A stretch of DNA of 63,146 nucleotides, the filler included, from Chiloscyllium plagiosum (lineage: Eukaryota), in the NCBI RefSeq assembly GCF_004010195.1. It is 4 parts of one record of this genome, joined end to end, with 100 filler letters (N's around TTAATTAATTAA, not from the genome) between each part and the next. Parts side by side here need not be neighbours in the genome. Positions count along the whole stretch, not along the records: positions 51,261 to 59,325 come from NC_057713.1; positions 59,426 to 63,146 come from NC_057713.1; 2 more parts are not named here. One strand, given 5' to 3'. Shown one piece after another: positions 52,901-63,146 of this stretch. Under the pieces are notes generated by a model. That model did no database searches. It had not been told where the DNA came from and saw only the letters and a list, made by a program, of their open reading frames with translations. Numbering within the stretch: position 1 is the stretch's first letter; the number at the start of each line of letters is the position of its first letter. The translations under genes and the position numbers were made by a program.

Positions 52901-53278
52901 GTCCGAGACGGAACTTTCAGCTCCGACTGCCAAACCTGGGCTCGGTGAGTGTGGGGAAGTTGACGTTAGCCCAGGAGGGAGCAGGCCAAGGCTTGTTGAA
53001 CCTGTCCAGAGCGAGTAGTGAGTCTATGGCTGTGGAGGGTCAGAGCCAGACCGAGGAACTCCTAGCACCAGACCCTGATGCTGAGGGAGATCCTGAACAC
53101 TCCTCCATCACACAGCCCCTGAACAGGCAGCTCTCCAGCTCCAACTCCACTCTCAGTCCCAGTGCCACCCCTTCCCAGGAGAGTTCCTACAGCTTCCACC
53201 ATATTTCCTCACTCGATGACATCGAAACGACGAGGGAAGGTGGGCTCAGAAGGTTCCGGAGCCGGCACTCCAGCACAG
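52901..53278 (+). CDS. KCNH2: Internal exon of ERG/Kv11 potassium channel (equivalent to human KCNH2 exon 4), phase 1/1
   Basis: tgtttcag|GT acceptor, ACAG|gtacag donor; reads (G)PRRNFQLRLPNLGSVSVGKLTLAQE...ASSESMAVE...ESSYSFHHISSLDDIETTREGGLRRFRSRHSST(G), resembling hERG TFRLKLP, SSESLALDE, SSADDIE, RHASTG; phase joins the next exon in frame. Confidence 0.8.
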
Positions 53279-53894
53279 GTACAGATTGTGGGTGGCTTGG
53301 GGTGGTATCACTTGGACTGCTGGGGGTGAGGGGGGGGAAACCTGGGAGCAACCCCCCCACCCCACCTTCCCCTGTCCCCCCCCCACACCCCTACCCTATG
53401 CCCCTACTCCCCCCCCTCCCCCCCAACGGATTCAGAGCTGGAGTCTGGGGTCTGGGGTGGGGGGGGGGATGTGGAGAGGGAGGGGTTAGTGTGGGGGTGG
53501 GTGGTTACTGCCTTTACCTTTAGGGAAATGTTAGACCCCCCTCCTCTCCTCCCTCCTCCCCCATCTCACTCTAACCTCCCACTGTCCAGTCTGGCATTGA
53601 CATGGACACTGGTCTAGTCCAAGCAAAGCCCATTCAGCCCATCAAGCCAGTGCTGCTGTTCGGGGAGCTGATAGTCAATCTTTGAGCTGGGGGGTTCCAC
53701 GGTTCCTCATATCTCACAAAAATGTGCAAAAATGCAAAGGATGCCTGGTTTTGAAATGATTCATTAAAGGTTGAGCTCCAAAATGGGCCTGCATTTAAGA
53801 TTCCATCCCTTTGCCCATGTCCACACCCTCCTACCATTGAGAAGAATCCTCTGGACTCTCTCTATCCCCGGGACCTCCTCATAATAGTGGAGTG

Positions 53895-54112
53895 ATTATA
53901 ATGAGCTCAGCCAAATGGCCCTTATAGAATCTGAGTTTCCTGGTTGGGGCTGTTAATCAGGGAGCCCTGGCTGACAGATACAACCAGGAATGTCAAGGGT
54001 TCTGTTCGCTCTGAGAGCTGGCTCTGAGGGAGCTGGGTCAGTGTCAGGGACTCTCCCCGTGTAATAAGGGGGGGACTTGGTGTCAGGATACTGGTTTCTG
54101 GGGAATTATTTC
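53895..54112 (+). mobile_element. Probable short solo LTR
   Basis: aataa signal then ends ttatttca; recognition only. Confidence 0.35.
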
Positions 54113-54694
54113 AAATAGAACCTTTGAAGATCGAAAACATTCAGTGTAACATTCCATCACTTTATAGTCTCTCGGGTCTGGTGTCTGGAACTGTTCACAA
54201 ACGTTGCTGATGTGGTTATACAGACTGGTATATCTGGGTACTCTAGTTAATGTGGTGTGAGTTAGCTCAGTCATTGGTTTATGTGATTACTGTATCTCAG
54301 TGATCTGCCTACACCCATTCTGAAATCTCACTGGCCTCTGCGTTCCTTAGCTTTTGGTGATGGGGTTAGGATTAGGGTTAAACAAACTCAGGATCTATCC
54401 TTTCTTCAGGTGATATGTTAACTACTGAAACAGACTGTCTCAGGGATCAGTGCTGGGGCTGCATCAGTGAAGGGGATGGGAGGGATTGCTAACTTTGCTG
54501 ATGGCACAAAGATCAGGGAAAAGGAGGTTCTGAAGAGAGCCCGAGAAAGCTACACATTGACAGGGTAAGTATTGGACAAATGGAGGAGAGTGTGGGAGAA
54601 TGTCCAATTGTCCATTCTGTCAGGAAGTGTAACCAGGCAGAACATTAGAAGGTCTCTCTACTGAAAGAAGCTTTTTCATCTGTAATTAATAATA

Positions 54695-54910
54695 ATGACC
54701 ATGGAATCATTGTCAATTTTTGTAAAAACTAATCTGGTTCACTGGTGTCAGTTAGGGAAGGAAATCCGCTATCCCAACCTGGTCTGACCGAGATGTGACT
54801 CTGGACCCCCAGCAATGAATTTCTCTCAGAAATGCCCCTCTGAAATGTCCTGAGCAAACCACGCAGTTGTATCTGACTGCCAACAAGTCCCAAAAGGAAA
54901 TGGAACGGAC
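54695..54910 (+). mobile_element. SINE-B core continuing into LINE-B 5' sequence
   Basis: Colinear with 39380-39545. Confidence 0.65.
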
Positions 54911-55813
54911 ATGATGGTGACTCAGTGGTTAGCACAGGGACCCAGGTTCGATTCCAGCCCTCGGGTGATTATTATGGGCATGTTCTCCCCTTGTCTGTGT
55001 GGGACCAGCCCAAGGGTGTGGTTTCACTGCCCCCCCCCACCCCCACCGCCCGCAGTGATTGAATGATGTGGGTCCCATGACACCAGAAAGCTGTGTCTGG
55101 GTGTTTGTGACAGACTGTACCTTCACATTAATACTGCGAGGGGTGAAGTATTTAATCTTCTGCAGTGTCTTTCCAGGGAAAAAATCTCCAAAGGAGCTGA
55201 ACTGTTTGAAACATTTTGATTCTTTTGGGAGAGCCCAGTGACAGCATTCTGTGAGAACTCAGTGTGTAACCATCAAGAGTGGCTGATGTTCCAGACCCAC
55301 AGTCTCTCCCCAGTCAGCCCGGCTGTAAATATCTGAGTGCCTCCTCCCCCCTCAATGATCCAACACTCTGCATCAGCCTGTAGTGTTTGACCCTAAAACC
55401 AGCTGAGCTTGTCGTTCAGCAGAATTCCAAACAGGCTCCCACATATTCCTCTGTTTTATCCTAAATTAAACAGATTGTTATGGGTCAGGACTTCCTCCAA
55501 AATTTCATATTTGTAACATTTTAATGTGGAATCTAATTGAACTCTTTTTGAAAGTTGAAATGAACTGTATTTTTCTGTTCACTGGGTAATTCCTTCCTCC
55601 GAGATCGCTGCTGGTTTGTTTGAGATGAGCTGACCCTGGAAATGCATGTGTGTTTCCCCATATCCATCCAAACTTGTCAAAATGTTCACCCCCTCTCCTT
55701 CCCAATTCCCGTAACATTCCCACACAGATCTCTCTCTCTCTCTCTCTCTCCCCCGTAGTGTGTGGAGCTGATTGGTAATGTGGTGATTTTGTTTTGATGT
55801 GTATTGGTTCCAG

Positions 55814-56034
55814 GGACAGTGAATCATGTGACGGTCAGCCCAAACCTGGTCAATTCCACTTCAGACTCTGACCTGGCGAAATATCGAACCATCAGCAAAA
55901 TCCCCCAAATCACACTCAACTTTGTGGATTTTAAAGGTGAGAACTTCATCCTGTCATCTCCAGGAGAGAGAGAGATCATAGCGCCAACGAAGGTGAAGGA
56001 GAGATCCCACAACGTTACTGAGAAGGTCACTCAG
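55814..56034 (+). CDS. KCNH2: Internal exon of ERG/Kv11 potassium channel (equivalent to human KCNH2 exon 5), phase 1/0
   Basis: ttccag|GG acceptor, CAG|gtgaga donor; [74 protein letters not shown] closely matches h[32 protein letters not shown]...[13 protein letters not shown]2 is preferred over KCNH6/7 from [12 protein letters not shown], but the paralog is not certain. Confidence 0.88.
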
Positions 56035-56084
56035 GTGAGATGTTCTTTTCCAGTCACTGGAACCGAGTGAAATCGATGCGGAAT

Positions 56085-56395
56085 GGTCCCCAGTTCCAAC
56101 CTTCCAGCTCAGCACCGCCCTTGTAACCTGTCCTACTTGTCCACCTTCCTTCCCATCTATCCACTACACCCTCCTCTCTGACCTATCACCTTTAGCACCT
56201 CCTCCATCCACCTATTTCACTCTCAGCTACCTTGCCCCCCCCCCCCCGAACACCAGCCCCCTCCCATTTATCTCTCCTCCCCAGAGGCTCCCAGCCTCAT
56301 TCCTGATGAAGGGCTCCTGCCCAAAATGTTGATACTCCTGCTCCTCGGATGCTGCCTGACCGGCTGTGCTTTTCCAGCACCACTCTAATCTAGAC
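56085..56395 (+). mobile_element. Neptune-type PLE 3' terminus
   Basis: Similar to 37240-37490; CTGATGAagggc(tcct)gccc with decayed GAAA. Confidence 0.8.
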
Positions 56396-56446
56396 TCACC
56401 CTGACCAATCACAGGCACCAAGCAGATTAGTCAGCAATCGTAAGAT

Positions 56447-56486
56447 ACCCCTGACCCCTGACCCCTGACCCTGACCCTGACCCTGA
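56447..56486. repeat. (cccctga)3(ccctga)3 microsatellite
   Basis: Seen directly. Confidence 0.9.
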
Positions 56487-57974
56487 GAGAGACCATGTTG
56501 TCTAACGTCTCTGTTCACGAGTGGTTAGTTACAGGACCCTGTAGAGTACAGCAGACAGCAGGATGGTGGGTGTGTAACTACACTGTTTACCGGGACCATA
56601 GGCTGAGGATATTCAGCCCCTCAAGCCTGCCCTACCCCTCAATGTGCCCAGGGCTGATCCGGTTGTGGTCTCAGCTCCTTTCCTGCCTGAGCCCCATATC
56701 CCGCAGCTCCTTCATTTCACACTCTCACAGTCAGAGATCTATCGACAGAGAAAGACCCTTTGGCCCGTTGTTTCTGCACTGGCTCACTAAGCACTCACCT
56801 ATTCCAATCCTATTCTGGACTCGTGTTGCTGACCCTGAAGAGGAGCTTGGTCATCACGTTCCTCACCAGGGTCATAGAGTCACAGAGTTCTACAGCTCAG
56901 GAAGAGGCCCTTCAGCCCATCGACTGTGCCAGTCAAAAACAACCACCTCACTTTTCTCTCCCAATTCCCCATCACAAGCTCACATCTAAATGAGAGTTTC
57001 TGTCCTGACCACCCTTACCACAATAATCGATCAATTATCATCGATTCACAATAATCGATCAATTATCACCTCACTCTGCCTCGAAAGAAAATGAAGACCA
57101 AGTCTTGGCCATCTCCTGGCAGAGGCAATCATTAACACCACAAAATATAGGAACACAATTAGGCCATTTGGCCCATCAAGTTTTTTTCACCTTTCAATCA
57201 AGGCTGGTCTCAGCCCCATCTCTTGCATTCTTCTCCTAGCCCTTAATCTCCGTCCCAATCAAGAACCTATCCATCTCCACCTTCGAGACCTCAATGCCTT
57301 GGCTTCCACAGCCCTATCTTACAATGACTCTCTCAGGTTGCCCACCCTCTGGGGCTGAAGAAATTCCTCCTCATCTCCGTTCTGAAAGGTCCTTCCTTCA
57401 TTCTGAGGCTGTGCCCTTGGCTCCTTGTCTCTCTGACTGGTGCCAAGACCCACCAGGGCCCAGAAATGCAGCTCATCTCCACCTTAAAAAGGAGGCTTTA
57501 GTCTTCATCCATGAACCCCAGGTTCCCTCCTCTCTACCCTGACAGTCCAGTTTGGACACACTTGAGTTTTGAGGAATGGGAGGAGATCTAGTTGAGGGAT
57601 ATGAGCTACTACAGGGGATTGGCCCAGCAGATGGAGAGAGGATGTTTCCTCGTGTGGGCTAGTCTGGAAGAGGAGATTTTTATCAATTTACAATAAGGGG
57701 TTTAAACCAAGATGAGAAGTTCCTTCTCTCTGAAATGGCTGTGACTGTGTGGAGTTTATCCCCGCGTGCAGTGGATGCTGGGACACTGACAGTGGGCAGG
57801 GAAGTGGAGTTGATGCCATGATCATATTGAACGGTGGAGCAGGCTCGATGGGTCGAATGGCCTCCTCTTGCTCCTCAGTCTTATGTTTACTACATGGGAA
57901 ATCCACTACAGCATTTATTATTTGCACCATTGTCACCAACTTGGCATCTTTAATAACCTCCCAGTCCGTTTCCA

Positions 57975-58757
57975 GCATTCAGCTCTCTCTTAAATACAAG
58001 AGCAGGTCAGAAGCTAGGAATCCTGCAGCGAGTAACTCACCTCCTGACACCCCAAAGCCTGTCCACCACCTACAAGGCACAGTCAGGAGGGTGATGGAAT
58101 ATTCCCCTCTTACCTGGATGGGGTCAGCTCCAACAACACTCAAGAAGCTTAAGGTTAAAAATCCCACAACACCAGGTTATAGTCCAACAGGTTTATTTGG
58201 AAGCACTGGCTTTCAGAGCTCTGCTCCTTCATCAGGTGGTTGTAATGAAGGAGTGTCGCTCCGAAAGCTAGTGCTTCCAATTAAACCTGTTGGACTGTAA
58301 CCTGGTGTTGTGTGATTTTTAACTTTGTCCACCCCAGTCCAACACCGGCATCTCCAAATCGAGAAACTTGACCCAATCCAGGACAAAGCAGCCGCTTGAT
58401 TGGCACCACATCCACAACCATCCATTCCCTGCACCACCGACACTCAGTAGCAGCAGTGTGTACTATCTACAAGAGGCACTGCAGAAATTCATCAAAGATC
58501 CTCAGACAGCACCTTCCAAACCCATGGCCACTTCCATCTAGAAGGACAAGGGCAGCAGATACATGGGAACACCACCCCCTGCAGGTTCCCCTCCGAGCCC
58601 CTCACCATCCTGACTTGGAAATATATCGCTGTTCCTTCACTGTCGCTGGGTCAGAATTCTGGAATTCCCTCCCTACAGCACATGGACTGCAGCGGTTCAG
58701 GAAGGCAGCTCACCCCCACCTTCGGGCAACTAGGGACGGGCAGTAAATACTGGGCCC
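57975..58757 (+). mobile_element. LINE-B 3' part
   Basis: VRRVMEYSPLTW, SLHHRHSVAAVCTIYK, WNSLP. Confidence 0.85.
58151..58358. mobile_element. Fold-back PLE-terminus mini-element (same family as 43137-43353)
   Basis: TSD tcaagaagctt/tcgagaaactt; ~80-bp arms plus a ~31-nt tail. Confidence 0.88.
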
Positions 58758-59325
58758 ATTCACATTGTGACCACAAGTTATGAAAGAGCCACTTGGCTTG
58801 GCTCCAGTTTCTCTGGTCATCGTGTTCTCTCTCTCTCTGTGATTAAAGACAGCAATTTACTGAGAGCTGGTGTTGAAGCGGCTGTTCTTAAACCCTGTGA
58901 GGCTGGAGATTAAATACATCTGTGCTTCAGGATAGAACAGCAATGTTCCCTCCGATGTCAGTTAGATTGTGTGATTAAAGCATTTCTGAAATTACAGCAC
59001 TGGGTCAATGTGACCTCTGACCTTAGAAGATTTAGATGTCACCCGCTTGAGATATGAGTAATATCGATGTGAGGTTCTGTTGTAGCTGGAAGATTCCTGT
59101 CCCTTTCTCATGATTCACAGACACTGCCAAACATTTTGTTAGACTCCTCTTCCTCATTCCTCTCTCTGGGCTAGTGCAGGATTGAGGGGCAGATTGGCCA
59201 TCTTCTGCTCCAGTGTTGTTACCAGCTCCCCCTGCTGGTCTCTCCCTTTGCCCCACGACTCAAACTGCAGGCCGACCCCAGCCCTGACCTCACCTCAGCC
59301 TCTGGTTTCCCTCCTATCTCCCCAA

Positions 59326-59425
59326 NNNNNNNNNNNNNNNNNNNNNNNNNNNNNNNNNNNNNNNNNNNNTTAATTAATTAANNNNNNNNNNNNNNNNNNN
59401 NNNNNNNNNNNNNNNNNNNNNNNNN
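59326..59425. other. Artificial contig-joining spacer
   Basis: 44N-TTAATTAATTAA-44N. Confidence 0.95.
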
Positions 59426-59607
59426 AAAACAACAATTAATAATAATTATTAAATTTAATAATAACAACAATAATAATTAATAATAATAAGATGACATTTT
59501 CAGTGGAGAATAAACTATCCATGGTATGTTGTATTGGAACTTGCATCATGGGTGAAGGGCAGATAGATTTTGTACCTGTGTCATTGAACTGTTTTGCCAA
59601 CAAGCAA

Positions 59608-59922
59608 GGGTGGCATGGTGGCTCAGTGGTTAGTACTGCTGCCTCGTAGTGCCATGGATCTGGGCTTGATTCCAGTTTCCGGTGACTCTCTGTGTGGAGT
59701 TTGCACATTCTCCCTATGTTTGTGTGGGTTTCCTCAGGTGCTTCATATTCCTCCCACAATCCAAAGATGTACAGGTTATGTGAATTGGCCATACTAAGTT
59801 ACCCATAGTGTTATGTGCATTCGTCAGGGATAAATAAAGGGTAGGGCAATGGGACTGGGTGGGTAACTGTTTGGAGGGTCGGTGTGGTCTTGTTGGGCCA
59901 AATGGCCTGTTTCCATTCTGCA
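59608..59922 (+). mobile_element. HE1-like V-SINE
   Basis: A/B boxes and V-domain. Confidence 0.88.
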
Positions 59923-59949
59923 GAGAAACTGGGAAAAAAAAAACAATTT

Positions 59950-61950
59950 CTAATCAAACGCTGTCTTTTCAAATGCATGTATATCTTCGCCATCAGAGTC
60001 TTCTCAAGTAACCTACGTACCACAGATGTTAGACTTCCTGGCGTATCGTTCCAAGATTTTTCTTTGCTTCACTTCGTGAATAATGGCACAACATGTGCTA
60101 CCCTCCAATCTTCTGGAACCTAACTTGTGGCTAACGATGATGCAGAAATATCAACCAGGTCTCCGTAGTTTCTTCTGTAGCCTCGTGCAGTGTTCTTGGA
60201 TGTATCTGTTTAGGATCAGGAGATTTATCCAACTTCATACATTCTAATACAGCCAATACGTCCTCTCCTGTGATAATGCCTCACCCCTAGATAACACCAC
60301 GACCTTTGTTAACATCCCAGGTTGCATGTATTTATCCACGGTAAAGACAGAGGAGAAATATTCATTGAGAATCTCGCAAATCTCCTATGGTTCCAGACAT
60401 GCATGTCCACTTTGGACCTCGAGGTGTCAGATTCTTATTTAATTATTCCTTTTACTTTAATATACTTAAATAACGTCTTTGGATTCACCCTAACCTTCTC
60501 AGCCAAGGCTATCTTGTGCCCCCTTTTCGCCCTACTGATTTCCATCTAAAGTAAACTCCTGTATCCCCTACACACCGCCACGGATTCCCTTGATCCCAGC
60601 TGCATGGACCTGAGCCACGCCTCCTTTTTGCTGGTCAAAGCCTCAATATCTCCTGACATCCAGGGTTCCCTATTCCTCCCAACCTTGCCTTTTACCCTCA
60701 CAGGAACATATAGACCTTGAACTGTAGACATTTCACTTTTAAAGTCCTCCCACTTGCCAGATGTCCTTTCGCCTGCAAACAAACTCCCCCAACCAACCCC
60801 TACACGCCCCTGTCTAATTCCGTCAAAATTCGCCTTGCCCCAATTTAGAACTTGAACATGTGGACCAGTTTTGTCATTCTCTATAACTATTTAAAAATTA
60901 AAACAACTATGGTCACTTATCCCAGAGTGCTCCCTCACTATCACCTCAGTCACCTGTCCTGCCCTAGATCTTAGAGTAGGTCAAGTTTCGTCCTTTCCGA
61001 GTTGCACTCTCTACATACTGCTTGAGGAAACTATTCTGAACACACTTAATAAATACACTCCATCTCAGTCCTTAATTCTATGTCATTCCCAGTCTATGTT
61101 AGAAGAATTAAAATCTCCTACTACGGCAATCCTATTGCCCCTGCAAGTCTCCCCAATCTCTTTACATATTTTTATTTCCCCCAATTCGCAGTTTGCTATT
61201 TGGGGGCCTCTATAACAACCCAAATACTACCACCATTCCCTTCTTATTTCTTAGCTCCACCCACAAATCCTCATTGGCTGACCAATCAATTATTTTATCT
61301 CTGATTACTGCTGTGATACTCACCTCAATTAAATACGAAACTCGCCGTCCCCTCCTTCCACCATCTCTGTCCCGCATAAAGCACCTGTACCCTGGTACAT
61401 TAAGGTGCCAGTCCTGTCCCTCCCTTAGCCATGTTTCTGTAATGGCTATAATATCCCAGTACCACATACGTATTCACACCCTGAGTTCATCGGCCTTACC
61501 TGTCAGCCATCTTGCATTTAAACAGTTGCAATTTAATCCAACAGACATTCCTTGCTCCCTGTCGTGTTCCATAGATCCTAGTGATCTAAAAATCTAAATC
61601 TCTGCCCCCTGCACGAATTCTTTAGCCACACATTCATCTGCCATATCCTCCTGTTCTTACCCTCACTAGCACGGAGCACTAGAAGTAAATTGGATATTAG
61701 CACTGTCGTGGTCCTGTCTTTTACCATTCTTCTTAGCTCTCCATAATCACTCTGCAGGACGTCATCACTATTTCAACCTGTTTCATTTGTACTAATTTGC
61801 ACAATGACTTCTGGCTGCTCCCCCACCCCGTGAGAACGTTCTACAGCTGCTCTGCGACATCCTGGATCCTGGCACGTGGGAGGCTAAACACCATCCCGGA
61901 TTCCAATTTGAAGCCACAGAATCTCTTGCCTACCACCCTCACTATCGAGT
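59950..61950 (-). mobile_element. CR1 LINE (ORF1 remnant, APE, tether), degenerate
   Basis: DIIAITETWL, EDLWVELRNKKG. Confidence 0.85.
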
Positions 61951-62592
61951 CTGAATACTTACTTCTGAAGTTATTCTGCTCGCACAACATTCTGACAATG
62001 GGATTTCGTCTTGGAAACATTTGGATTAGGTTGAATTTCTTTGCTTCAGGCAGTGGGGAGATTCCAATGACTCATCATCAGGAATCCTCCATGAATGGGA
62101 AAGGCGACTGTTCTTTTTTTTACTCCCACACGTTGCTGTGATGAGCCACAGGGAAACAGAAAGGGAGCAATAGACTGTCCCTTCACAGATAGACTACATT
62201 TTCCATCTCTAAGTTAAATCAATAACGTTATCAAACTGTACCATGTGAGCTCTCCTTGAACATTGTCCGAACGATATGACTGCATCACATTCTCGACTCC
62301 AGGTCAGTGCATTATTGCTGTTGTCGTACACAGAGTCAATTCATTAACAATAAATCGCCCTAAGTTTTTGAAGATCAGTTAATATGTGACTGCATAATGT
62401 AAAAATAAGCGTTTCATGTCTTCACAATATCTGTGTTAAGATGAATATGTTTTATTTTTAAACAAATACAGAAATTACTGGAAAAGCTCAGCCTGTCTTG
62501 CAGCATTTATGCAGAGAAATCATGGTTCAATTTTTCAGTCCAATGACTCTTCCTTTCAAACTGACATATTCTGAAATTATTTCCCCAGTTTT

Positions 62593-63146
62593 AACGTGTC
62601 ATCGACATATCTGACCCAGAGTTTGGGTTGAATTTGTGGTAGGACTGTTTGTTCTAACCTTTGCATAACTGCCTCTGCTATGAGTCCCGAGATTGGTGAT
62701 CCCATGGGTGTTCCGTTGATCACAACACACTTCACATTCAACAACCAGATATACGAACAAATCAACGGAACACCCATGGGATCACAAATCTCGGGACTCA
62801 TAGCAGAGGCAATTATGCAAAGGTTAGAACAAACAGTCCTACCACAAATTCAACACAAACTCTGGGTCAGATATGTCGATGACACGTTTGTAATCATTAA
62901 AAACACGGAAATAGAAAAAACACACCGGACCATCAACGCCACACTCACAGGAATCCAATTCACGAGAGAAGAAGAAAAGGATAACCAACTCCCATTCCTA
63001 GACGTGATGGTACAGAGAACACCAGACGGAGAATTCACCACAAGAGTATACAGGAAAGCCACACACACAGACCAAGTCCTAAACTATGAAAGTAACCACC
63101 CCAACACACACAAACGAAGCTGCAACAGGACACTATTCAAAAGGGC
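62593..63146 (+). mobile_element. Young Poseidon-type PLE RT, 5'-truncated with a 128-bp inverted copy; continues past the window
   Basis: Stop-free frame 62722-63144: QINGTPMGS, WVRYVDDTF, LPFLDV, VYRKATHT. Confidence 0.93.

Noticed and set aside
52945..53523. 192-aa ORF as a standalone gene
   Set aside because: It is an ERG exon reading through its donor site into low-complexity intron
56035..59325. ERG1b-type alternative first exon in this intron
   Set aside because: No sequence resembling the mammalian 1b N-terminus with a donor site was found

Overview
Eukaryotic, repeat-dominated DNA from a shark (elasmobranch), inferred from HE1/V-SINEs, a Deu-type SINE and dense CR1-group LINEs. The window is not one locus. 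Four pieces (1-30707, 30808-51160, 51261-59325, 59426-63146) are joined by identical artificial 100-nt spacers (44 N + TTAATTAATTAA + 44 N), and there is one ordinary 552-N gap (25351-25902). The only host gene I recognise is an ERG potassium channel (KCNH2-like), present as two internal + strand exons (52901-53278, 55814-56034). Nearly all ORFs in the track are fragments of CR1 LINEs or Penelope-like elements (PLEs). Most notable structure: (i) many short PLE-terminus insertions with ~9-15 bp TSDs, often folded back as hairpins and carrying minimal hammerhead-ribozyme cores (CTGANGA-stem-GAAA); (ii) a ~346-bp inverted duplication with an inverted spacer (9784-10666); (iii) a tRNA-headed SINE that looks like an internal-deletion form of its partner LINE; (iv) loss of the RRAS PKA motif in the ERG exon. 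Repeat family names come from recognition, not database search, and repeat boundaries are approximate.
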